Source: Alphaproteobacteria bacterium
GTDB lineage: Bacteria > Pseudomonadota > Alphaproteobacteria > Rickettsiales > UBA998
Assembly: GCA_030430795.1 (NCBI GenBank)
Contig: JAUIJX010000002.1
Span: forward strand, 1-34,022
Direction: 5' to 3'
DNA: 34,022 nt
Below, in pieces: positions 9,277 through 17,063 of this stretch (the stretch's first letter is position 1; every line of letters starts with the position of its first letter). The notes under the pieces were generated by a model, which was not told where the DNA came from, searched no databases, and saw only the letters and a program-made list of their open reading frames with translations. The position numbers were made by a program, and so were the translations under genes.

Positions 9277-9342
9277 CGCTTTACACATCCCGGACGATTC
9301 CTGTACATGTGAACATCATTCATTATCAAACGGGGACGAACT

Positions 9343-9729
9343 ATGTACAAACTAACCATGATCAGCCTGACCGCTCTTTCACTGACCGCCTGCGGCATGT
9401 GTAACGATAAACCCGACCATTCCGACATGGAGACAATGCCTCCGGTGGCAGCCGCTCCCCCGGCCGCACCGATGATGCAACAACGCACGGCGCCGATCCC
9501 GTTCGGCGAGCCGTCTGCTCCGATTGCGGAACATCATCAGGGCCGCTACAACCACCAGCCAATGGCAGGTGCAACCGGGTCTGCATCCGCAGCGCCAGTC
9601 TATGACACCAGTATGGCTCCGGCAGCAGCACCGGCTTCCGCTCCTGTTTACGCCGAACCTGCGTATGACGGTGCGGAAGAAGACGGCTGGATCGACCTGC
9701 TGGCTCCGAACGATAATCCCTATCAGTAA
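9343..9729 (+). CDS. Pro/Ala-rich lipoprotein
   Basis: MYKLTMISLTALSLTAC (lipobox LTAC), GGGGA SD, low-complexity mature part. Confidence 0.65.
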   Translation: MYKLTMISLTALSLTACGMCNDKPDHSDMETMPPVAAAPPAAPMMQQRTAPIPFGEPSAPIAEHHQGRYNHQPMAGATGSASAAPVYDTSMAPAAAPASAPVYAEPAYDGAEEDGWIDLLAPNDNPYQ

Positions 9730-9839
9730 GTTTCGCGTGGAACATGACGCGAGGTCAGGCTTGTCCGCCGTAGCTCATAGAGCGCAGGCGGAAAACCAAG
9801 CCCTTTAGTCGTGCACAGCGCAGGAACAAAATAAAAAAC
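9730..9839. repeat. family-2 repeat, short copy F
   Basis: 9730-9759 (gtttcgcgtggaacatgacgcgaggtcagg) matches the reverse complement of 3653-3682 at 27 of 30 positions. Terminus CAGCGCAGGAACAAAATAAAAAAC matches the reverse complement of the copy-B left end (GCAGCGCAGGAGCAAATAC). Confidence 0.65.
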
Positions 9840-9844
9840 TAACG

Positions 9845-12163
9845 CTACGCGTCTTCTTCGCGTACCAGAATCTCACGCTTGCCGACGTGATTGGCCGGGC
9901 CAACGATGCCCTCGCGCTCCATCTTCTCGATGATGCGCGCGGCGCGGTTATACCCGATCTTCAGGCAGCGCTGAATGTAGCTGGTGGACGCTTTGCGGTC
10001 GCGCGCCACCACCGCCACCGCCTTGTCGAACAACAGGCGATCCTCTTCCGTTTCCTCTTCGTCCTCGAAGCCGAACATGTCGTCTTCGTCATCCTGCGTT
10101 ACTGCTTCAATATAGAGCGGCTCACCCTGTTTCTTGAGATGCCTGACCACCTCTTCCACTTCGCGGTCGCTGACGAACGGCCCGTGCACACGGGTGATGC
10201 GCCCGCCTCCGGCCATGTAGAGCATATCCCCCTGCCCCAGCAATTGCTCGGCGCCCTGCTCGCCGAGAATGGTGCGGCTGTCGATCTTGGAGGTCACCTG
10301 AAAACTCACCCGCGTCGGGAAGTTGGCCTTGATCACCCCGGTAATTACATCCACTGACGGGCGCTGCGTCGCCATGATCAGGTGAATGCCCGACGCCCGC
10401 GCCATCTGCGCCAGCCGCTGAATCGACCCTTCGATCTCCTTGCCCGACACCAGCATCAGATCGGCCATCTCATCGACAATCACCACGATATACGGCAACG
10501 ACTCCATCGGGATGTCTTGCGTTTCATAGGTTGGCCGCCCGGTATCCGGATCGAAACCGGTCTGCACTTCCCGCGTCAGTTCTTCGCCGTCCTGCCGCGC
10601 CTCACGAATCCGCTTGTTGAAATTATCGATGTTGCGCACACCCAGCGTCGCCATCAGCCGGTAACGGTTTTCCATTTCCTTCACCGTCCATTTCAGCGCC
10701 ACCACCGCCTTGCCTGGCTCGGTCACCACCGGTGTCAGCAAATGCGGAATCCCGTCATAGACGGATAGCTCGAGCATCTTCGGATCGATCATGATGAATT
10801 TGCACTGCTCCGGCGAGAGTTGATAAACCAGCGACATAATCATGGTGTTGATCGCCACCGATTTCCCCGACCCGGTCGTCCCCGCCACCAGCAAGTGCGG
10901 CATCCGCGCCAGATCGACGATCACCGGATCGCCGCCGATATCTTTGCCGAGCGCAATCGGCAGACTGCAGGTCGTGCGGGTAAATTCATCGTCTTCCAGC
11001 ATCCCACGCAGATACACCGTATCGCGCGTCAGGTTCGGCAACTCAATCCCGATCGCATTGCGCCCCGGAATCACCGCGATCCGCGCCGAGATAGCACTCA
11101 TCGAGCGTGCGATGTCATCCGCCAGCCCGACCACGCGCGCCGACTTCGTCCCCGCCGCCGGCTCCAGCTCATAGAGCGTCACCACCGGGCCGGGACGGAT
11201 ATTGGTGATCTCGCCTTTGACGCCGAAATCCTCCAGCACCGTCGCCAGCAATTTGGCATTCTGTTTAAGCGAACTATCGGACAGCTCACGCTTCTTCGCC
11301 TTGGAACTCCCGTCCTTTAATAACGAGAAGGGCGGCATCTCATAATCACCAAGCCGTGGACGCAACTCCAGCGACGCCTGCTTCTTCGGCTCCGCCTTCT
11401 TACTACGCGAGACCTTGCTCTCAACCGCCGTCGAATTACTACTCTCCGGCGTCACAGTGGTCACTGTCGTTTGTTTCTCTTCGCCGCCTTTGACTTTCTT
11501 GATGAAGGATGGTGGCTTATTACTGGTCTCTTTGCTCTGCGTCGGCTCTTTCTTCTTCAATGCCTGTTTCAGATGCGGCCCAATCTCTCCGGTAATCGCA
11601 GCATGCACCAGATACCCCGTCTGCTTGAGATAAGACATCGGTTTAGCCACCACGCGTGACACGCCCAGCCATTCGTTACGGTTCAGCCCCAGCGCCACCG
11701 GCACCGCGCCGACCGTCACCAACGCACCGAGCAACCCGATCAGGAAACCGGGCAGCCATGCCACACCACGATCATAGATCAGCGCACCAATCGCGCCACC
11801 CAGCCCGCTGGCAATCGGCCATACGCGTGGCGACTCAAAGCAGGTCAGCATCGCCGACAGGCTCACCAGTGCGATACAGAGCGCAGAGAGTTTCAGCCAG
11901 AAAATTTTCAGCTCGGCTTCTTTCAGCAATTTCCAGCCCCAGCTCAAAAACGCCGCCACCAGCATCACGCTGGCCAGCCCCAGCGTCTGCAGCAACATAT
12001 CCGACAGCAGCGCACCGCTATTGCCGCCCAGATTATGCGCCGCCTCGCCGGTGGCACTGTTCATGGAAGGGTCGCCGCTGTGATAGGTCACCAGGCTGAG
12101 CAGAATGAACAGCCCCAGCGCTACCGATACCACACCGGAAAATTGACGCAGATATTTTCTCAT
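9845..12163 (-). CDS. ftsK: DNA translocase FtsK
   Basis: 772 aa. N-terminal TM segments, a charged linker, a FtsK/SpoIIIE motor (LLVAGTTGSGKSV Walker A, IVVIVDEMADL) and a C-terminal gamma winged-helix domain. Confidence 0.95.
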   Translation of the reverse strand: MRKYLRQFSGVVSVALGLFILLSLVTYHSGDPSMNSATGEAAHNLGGNSGALLSDMLLQTLGLASVMLVAAFLSWGWKLLKEAELKIFWLKLSALCIALVSLSAMLTCFESPRVWPIASGLGGAIGALIYDRGVAWLPGFLIGLLGALVTVGAVPVALGLNRNEWLGVSRVVAKPMSYLKQTGYLVHAAITGEIGPHLKQALKKKEPTQSKETSNKPPSFIKKVKGGEEKQTTVTTVTPESSNSTAVESKVSRSKKAEPKKQASLELRPRLGDYEMPPFSLLKDGSSKAKKRELSDSSLKQNAKLLATVLEDFGVKGEITNIRPGPVVTLYELEPAAGTKSARVVGLADDIARSMSAISARIAVIPGRNAIGIELPNLTRDTVYLRGMLEDDEFTRTTCSLPIALGKDIGGDPVIVDLARMPHLLVAGTTGSGKSVAINTMIMSLVYQLSPEQCKFIMIDPKMLELSVYDGIPHLLTPVVTEPGKAVVALKWTVKEMENRYRLMATLGVRNIDNFNKRIREARQDGEELTREVQTGFDPDTGRPTYETQDIPMESLPYIVVIVDEMADLMLVSGKEIEGSIQRLAQMARASGIHLIMATQRPSVDVITGVIKANFPTRVSFQVTSKIDSRTILGEQGAEQLLGQGDMLYMAGGGRITRVHGPFVSDREVEEVVRHLKKQGEPLYIEAVTQDDEDDMFGFEDEEETEEDRLLFDKAVAVVARDRKASTSYIQRCLKIGYNRAARIIEKMEREGIVGPANHVGKREILVREEDA

Positions 12164-12274
12164 ACTTCTTTGTTATCCTGCCGCGTAGCAGGATACAATA
12201 ATGTTTTTTCCGCTCTGGTCAGCAGAATGCCTATCGCCTGTTGCACTGAAAAGCTTTTTACGTCTATAGTGTTG

Positions 12275-12365
12275 CATGCTGGTGGCGGGCGATGGACCCG
12301 CAAACCCGGTCAGGTCCGAAAGGAAGCAGCCGTAGTGGTGCTCTAATCGGGTCGCCACCAGTCTA
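12275..12365 (+). ncRNA. ffs: signal recognition particle RNA (4.5S, small bacterial type)
   Basis: Closing helix ctggtggcg (12279-12287) pairs with cgccaccag (12353-12361). Domain IV is conserved as cccggtcaggtccGAAAggaagcagcc (GNRA tetraloop). Position immediately upstream of dnaX is the classical one. Confidence 0.85.
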
Positions 12366-12380
12366 AAAACTAGAGGTCAA

Positions 12381-14129
12381 ATGTCAGAATACAGAGTTCT
12401 TGCCAGAAAATACCGCCCCCAGACATTCGACGATTTGGTCGGGCAGGACGTACTGGTGCGTACCTTATCCAATGCCATTACCACCGGCCGCATCGCCCAC
12501 GCCTTTCTCCTCACCGGTATCCGCGGCATCGGGAAAACCACCACCGCCCGCATCATCGCCCGCGCGCTGAACTGCATCGGCGAGGACGGTCAGGGCGGCC
12601 CCACCACCAACCCGTGCGGTGTCTGCCCCAACTGTACGCAGATTGCCGACGACCGCCATGTCGACGTCATGGAAATGGACGCCGCCTCACGCACCGGGGT
12701 CGGCGATATCCGCGACCTGATCGAGACCGTGCATTACGCTCCCACCAACGCGCGCTATAAAATCTATATCATTGACGAGGTGCATATGCTCTCCACCAGC
12801 GCCTTCAACGCGCTGCTCAAAACGCTGGAAGAGCCACCGCCGCACGTCATCTTTATTTTCGCCACCACCGAGATCCGTAAAATCCCGGTCACGATTCTCT
12901 CCCGCTGCCAGCGCTTCGACCTGCGCCGGCTGGACACCGAGGCACTGGCCGGACACCTCGCCAATATCTGCGCCAAAGAAAATGTACAAGCCGACGAGGA
13001 AGGCCTGCGCCTGATGGCTATGGCTGCCGAAGGTTCGGTGCGTGACGGGCTGTCACTGCTCGATCAGGCGATTGCGCACAGCATGGGTGAGAGCGAACAG
13101 ATTCATGTCGCCACCGACACCGTCCGCGATATGCTGGGGCTGGTCGACCGCACCCGCATCTTCGCGCTGCTGGAAGCCATCTGCGAAGGCGACACCGGTA
13201 AGGCGCTGGACGGGCTGGCGCAACAACACCGTGACGGCGCCGACATGTCGATGCTGTTGCAGGACATGCTAACCACCACCCATTCCATCACCCGCTGCCA
13301 TCTGGCACCGGACAGTGATCTCGGCCCGGCCTTCTCCGATGCCGAAAAAGAATACATCAAAAAACTGGCGACCAAACTCTCCATCGCCGAGCTGACTCGC
13401 CTGTGGCAAATGCTCAGCAAAGGGCTGGAAGAAGTCCGCCGCGCCGCCAACAGCAAGATGGCCGCCGATATGGTCATCATCCGCCTGACCCACGCCTCCA
13501 GCCTGCCGACCCCGGCGGAGCTGGCGCGTAAACTGAAAGACACGCCGGCACCCGCCGCCTCCACCTCACCATCCGGCGGTGGCGGCAGTTACGCCGCCTC
13601 GGCATCATCCGGTGGTGGCAATGGCGCCCATGCCGTCGGCAGCACGTCTTCCTCACCGGCACCCGCCGCCGCACGTCAGCCGGAGCTGATGTCCGCCCCG
13701 CAGGAGCACGCGGCACCCAGCCATCTGAGCCTCGCCGCCTCCAACCCGGCGGTGGAGATCAAATGTTTTGAAGACATCCTCGGCTGGTGCGAGGAACAAC
13801 GCGAAGCCATCATGCTGCACCACCTGCGCAACGAAGCACGTCTGGTCGCATGCGAGGAAGGTAAACTGAGCCTGAGCAAGGACTGCGACTTTCCGCCGGA
13901 CATTGCCAAGAAACTCGAAGCCCTGCTGCATAAGGCTACCGACCAACGCTGGCATGTCGCCTATGTCGACCGTGAAGGCCAGCCCACCGTCGTTGAACAG
14001 GAAGCCGCCCGCCGCGAAGCGGAGATTAAGGAAGCATCCGACACACCGATGGTAAAAGCAGTGCTTGAAACCTTCCCCGGTGCCAGTATTGTCGAAGTCC
14101 GTAAGCAGGAAGACATTTCAACGGAGTAG
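12381..14129 (+). CDS. dnaX: DNA polymerase III subunits gamma/tau
   Basis: 582 aa with an AAA+ clamp-loader N-terminus (LLTGIRGIGKTTTARI, zinc module CGVCPNC, IIDEVHMLS, SRCQRF) and a Gly/Ser/Ala/Pro linker. Confidence 0.95.
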   Translation: MSEYRVLARKYRPQTFDDLVGQDVLVRTLSNAITTGRIAHAFLLTGIRGIGKTTTARIIARALNCIGEDGQGGPTTNPCGVCPNCTQIADDRHVDVMEMDAASRTGVGDIRDLIETVHYAPTNARYKIYIIDEVHMLSTSAFNALLKTLEEPPPHVIFIFATTEIRKIPVTILSRCQRFDLRRLDTEALAGHLANICAKENVQADEEGLRLMAMAAEGSVRDGLSLLDQAIAHSMGESEQIHVATDTVRDMLGLVDRTRIFALLEAICEGDTGKALDGLAQQHRDGADMSMLLQDMLTTTHSITRCHLAPDSDLGPAFSDAEKEYIKKLATKLSIAELTRLWQMLSKGLEEVRRAANSKMAADMVIIRLTHASSLPTPAELARKLKDTPAPAASTSPSGGGGSYAASASSGGGNGAHAVGSTSSSPAPAAARQPELMSAPQEHAAPSHLSLAASNPAVEIKCFEDILGWCEEQREAIMLHHLRNEARLVACEEGKLSLSKDCDFPPDIAKKLEALLHKATDQRWHVAYVDREGQPTVVEQEAARREAEIKEASDTPMVKAVLETFPGASIVEVRKQEDISTE

Positions 14130-14132
14130 TTC

Positions 14133-14453
14133 ATGAACATTCAAAAGATGATGAAACAGGCGCAGCAGATGCAGCAGAAGATTGCCGACATGCAAACGGA
14201 GCTGGAATCGCGCGAAGTGGAAGGCACCGCCGGTGGCGGCATGGTGACCGTCACGCTGACCGGCAAAGGCCATATGGTCAAGCTCGCCATTGACGACTCA
14301 CTGGTCGACAAGGAAGAAAAAGACGTGATGGAAGACCTGATCGTCGCGGCGCATAACGACGCGAAAAATAAGGTCGAGGATATGTTCAACGAGGAAATGG
14401 GCAAAGTGGCGGGAGACATGAACCTGCCTGCCGGGATGAAGCTGCCTTTCTAA
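14133..14453 (+). CDS. ybaB: YbaB/EbfC nucleoid-associated protein
   Basis: 106 aa: MMKQAQQMQQKIADMQTELE..GGGMVTVTLTGKGHMVKLAID, typical YbaB. Confidence 0.9.
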   Translation: MNIQKMMKQAQQMQQKIADMQTELESREVEGTAGGGMVTVTLTGKGHMVKLAIDDSLVDKEEKDVMEDLIVAAHNDAKNKVEDMFNEEMGKVAGDMNLPAGMKLPF

Positions 14454-14800
14454 TGAAAGAAATTGACGAAAAAGCCGTCCGGCAATTACTCCCGGAAGCC
14501 ATTGACGAGGCAACGCTGAACCGTGCTGAGGAACTGGCCGATATGGTCGGCGAAGATCTCAACCTGCTGCACGGCATTGTCGCCAAAATGTGCTTCGCGC
14601 TCGATATTGACGTCAACGACATCTCCGAAGCGGAGCAGGAACATATCGAAGCGGCGCTGAGCGTCTGCCTGACCCGGCTGGCGCTGGATGAAAAACGTAT
14701 GGAGGTGGTCTACGACACCACCAATATCGACCCGGCACTGGGCAAAGCGTTCACACAGCTGATCTCGTATATGGACGACGATCGGCCAACCATTCACTGA
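14453..14800 (+). CDS. hypothetical acidic protein inserted between ybaB and recR
   Basis: 115 aa with 26 D/E against 10 K/R by my count. Its start overlaps the ybaB stop (TAATG). Confidence 0.6.
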   Translation: MKEIDEKAVRQLLPEAIDEATLNRAEELADMVGEDLNLLHGIVAKMCFALDIDVNDISEAEQEHIEAALSVCLTRLALDEKRMEVVYDTTNIDPALGKAFTQLISYMDDDRPTIH

Positions 14801-14812
14801 TACGAGGCAGGC

Positions 14813-15406
14813 ATGGCGGAACAGAGCATTGATGAACTGATTCGCATCATTGCCAAACTGCCGGGGCTTGGCCCCCGCTCCGCCCGCCGTATCGTGCTGC
14901 AGCTGATCCGCAAGCGCGAAACCTTGCTGCAACCGATGATCCGCGCATTGCAAACGGTGGATACCAGCATCACCACCTGCCATATCTGCGGCAATCTGGA
15001 TAGCGCCGATCCATGCCATGTCTGCACCGATACCCGCCGCGATCCGTCCGTCATCTGCGTGGTCGAAGACCTTGCCGATCTATGGGCGATGGAGCGCTCA
15101 CACATGTTCCGGGGACGGTATCATGTCCTTGGCGGTGTACTTTCCGCCATTGACGGCGTCGGCCCCGACCAGCTTAATATCGGCAGCCTGCTCACCCGCG
15201 CCGCCGCCGAAGAGGTCAGCGAAATCATCCTCGCCACCAACGCCACGGTCGACGGCCAGACCACCGCGCATTACATCACCGAGCGCCTGCAGGATTGTCA
15301 GGTCAGCGTCACCCGGCTGGCGCAGGGCATCCCGGTCGGCGGCGAACTGGATTACCTCGACGACGGCACACTCGGCACCGCGCTGGCATCACGGAGGCCG
15401 TTTTGA
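14813..15406 (+). CDS. recR: recombination protein RecR
   Basis: 197 aa: LPGLGPRSARRI helix-hairpin-helix, C4 zinc finger CHICGNL..CHVC, Toprim domain. Confidence 0.95.
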   Translation: MAEQSIDELIRIIAKLPGLGPRSARRIVLQLIRKRETLLQPMIRALQTVDTSITTCHICGNLDSADPCHVCTDTRRDPSVICVVEDLADLWAMERSHMFRGRYHVLGGVLSAIDGVGPDQLNIGSLLTRAAAEEVSEIILATNATVDGQTTAHYITERLQDCQVSVTRLAQGIPVGGELDYLDDGTLGTALASRRPF

Positions 15407-15804
15407 GGTGGGTGCGCACGTATCTGGACGCCATCGCCCATTACGCAGCACTGTTATTTGTTTTTGCCCTGCTGGCACCGCTCTCTTTTACCAAACCGGG
15501 CTATAGCGGCGAAGACGCCGCGCTTTACGGCGAGCGCATCGCCATTTGTTCGATCTTCGGCATCACCTATATCGATCCGTGGAGCCATGACGACGCGCCG
15601 CCGGGCAAAGTCGACAGACCGCACTGCCCGGCTTGCCAGTTACTGAAAACCGTCAATCACACCGCTACACCCGCGGCGCCGCTACTCTACATGGCCACCG
15701 CCCGTCCCATTGCTACATTGCCACCTTTGCGGACAGAACGGGACATGCGCGACCAGATCACGGAACGCCATGCGCCCACCCGCGCCCCACCTGCATTCTC
15801 CTAA
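15403..15804 (+). CDS. DUF2946-like membrane-anchored protein with CxxC and a C-terminal RAPP motif
   Basis: One N-terminal hydrophobic helix (AALLFVFALLAPL), ICS, HCPAC (15622-15636) and C-terminus ..TRAPPAFS (RAPP codons 15781-15792). Start taken as TTG 15403 (GGAGG 5 nt upstream, overlaps the recR stop); GTG 15412 is an alternative. The ORF-track start 15295 lies inside recR. Confidence 0.55.
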   Translation: MRWVRTYLDAIAHYAALLFVFALLAPLSFTKPGYSGEDAALYGERIAICSIFGITYIDPWSHDDAPPGKVDRPHCPACQLLKTVNHTATPAAPLLYMATARPIATLPPLRTERDMRDQITERHAPTRAPPAFS

Positions 15805-15873
15805 CCACTTCATTCCTAATTTTTTAATTTCGCACGGCGACGCAACTCGCCCTGCGCATTCATGGAGAATCAC

Positions 15874-16887
15874 ATGTTTAAACACTGTTTATATCTGGCT
15901 GCCATCAGCCTCATCACCACCCCGGCACTGGCCCATAACGACCACAAACGACCGGACGACCATGCCCCTATCGGCGTCATGGGCGATCACACCCATGCCC
16001 AGGGCGAATGGATGTTTTCCTACCGCTACAGCAGCATGCACATGGCCGGTAACCGCGACGGCTCCAACCGTGTCAGCACCGCCAGCGTACTGAGCAATTT
16101 CATGGTCGCGCCCACCGAGATGGACATGGAGATGCATATGTTCGGCGCCATGTTTGCCCCCACCGACAGCCTGACCCTGATGGCCATGCTACCGTACGTC
16201 GAGAAATCGATGACCCATGTCACCCGCATGGGCGGCAGCTTCACCACCGAGTCGAACGGGTTTGGCGATCTGCGCCTGAGCGGTCTCTATACGCTCTATG
16301 ACGGCATGGAGAACCATCAGGAAACCGGCGGCAAGCTACACATCAAGCTCGGCGCCAGCCTGCCCACCGGCAGCATCGACGAGCGTGACGACACCCCGGC
16401 CATGCGCAACGCCAAGCTGCCCTACCCGATGCAGCTCGGATCCGGCACTGTCGATCCGCTGCTCGGCATCACCTGGGTGCAAAAGGAGACCAACTGGTCG
16501 TGGGGAGCCGACGCCAACGCCGTCCTGCGCGTCTATGACAACAGCGACGACTACCATCTGGGCAATGAGTATCTGGCAACCTTGTGGGCGGCGCGCCCCG
16601 TCAGCCCGTATATGAGCCTGTCTGCCCGGCTGGAAGCGCGTCACTGGGGCGATATCCGTGGCGCCGATGCCGCGCTCAACCCGATGATGGTGCCGACCGC
16701 CCGCACCGATCTGCGCGGCGGTGAGCGGGTGGATGCCCTGTTCGGCGTCAATCTCTACACCCCGGAAGGCGCGGCCGCCGGTAACCGTCTGGCGCTGGAA
16801 TTCGGCCTGCCGCTCTACCAGCATCTCGACGGCCCGCAGCTGGAAACGGATTACCGCTTCACCGTCGGCTGGCAATACGCGTTTTAA
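15874..16887 (+). CDS. His/Met-rich outer-membrane beta-barrel protein (Phenol_MetA_deg-like transporter family)
   Basis: Signal peptide ..TPALA. Mature N-terminus HNDHKRPDDHAPIGVMGDHTHAQGEWMFSYRYSSMHM, then TEMDMEMHMF. Alternating beta-strand pattern and C-terminal GWQYAF. GGAGA lies 5 nt before ATG 15874. Confidence 0.7.
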   Translation: MFKHCLYLAAISLITTPALAHNDHKRPDDHAPIGVMGDHTHAQGEWMFSYRYSSMHMAGNRDGSNRVSTASVLSNFMVAPTEMDMEMHMFGAMFAPTDSLTLMAMLPYVEKSMTHVTRMGGSFTTESNGFGDLRLSGLYTLYDGMENHQETGGKLHIKLGASLPTGSIDERDDTPAMRNAKLPYPMQLGSGTVDPLLGITWVQKETNWSWGADANAVLRVYDNSDDYHLGNEYLATLWAARPVSPYMSLSARLEARHWGDIRGADAALNPMMVPTARTDLRGGERVDALFGVNLYTPEGAAAGNRLALEFGLPLYQHLDGPQLETDYRFTVGWQYAF

Positions 16888-16899
16888 TCGTTACCGGGA

Positions 16900-16997
16900 G
16901 CTTTCCTTCTTTTGTTCTGTAGGCGGAGTGTGAGACGATGTGTAGGCCCTTCTACACGAGTCGAAACACGACAAACGACAGGGCAAAAGAGGAAAGC
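16900..16997. repeat. long imperfect hairpin (possible terminator or REP-like element)
   Basis: gctttccttcttttgttctg (16900-16919) pairs with cagggcaaaagaggaaagc (16979-16997). Inner hairpin gtgtag / ctacac at 16940-16957. Confidence 0.5.
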
Positions 16998-17063
16998 GCC
17001 GCCGTAAGGAAATTGTCATATTCTTTTGCTATACTGCCCCCTTGACGCAAGAGGGGCTGTTAT

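Noticed and set aside
8536-9288. 250-aa minus-strand ORF almost exactly mirroring the 234-aa plus-strand ORF
   Set aside because: Its composition (G/D/F/L/A/R-rich, no plausible start context) is typical of an antisense shadow in GC-rich DNA. The plus frame shows the host codon preference (ctg, atc, gcc, aag).
13340-13372. Possible dnaX programmed -1 frameshift at the A-run (atc aaa aaa ctg)
   Set aside because: It is not a canonical A-AAA-AAG heptamer in the zero frame (the preceding base is C), and I saw no downstream stem-loop. Gamma production by frameshifting is not established for alphaproteobacteria.
15295-15402. ORF-track start of the DUF2946-like ORF inside recR
   Set aside because: The upstream 36 codons overlap recR in another frame and are Arg/Gly/Pro-rich. 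TTG 15403 has GGAGG 5 nt upstream, and the hydrophobic N-terminus begins right after it.
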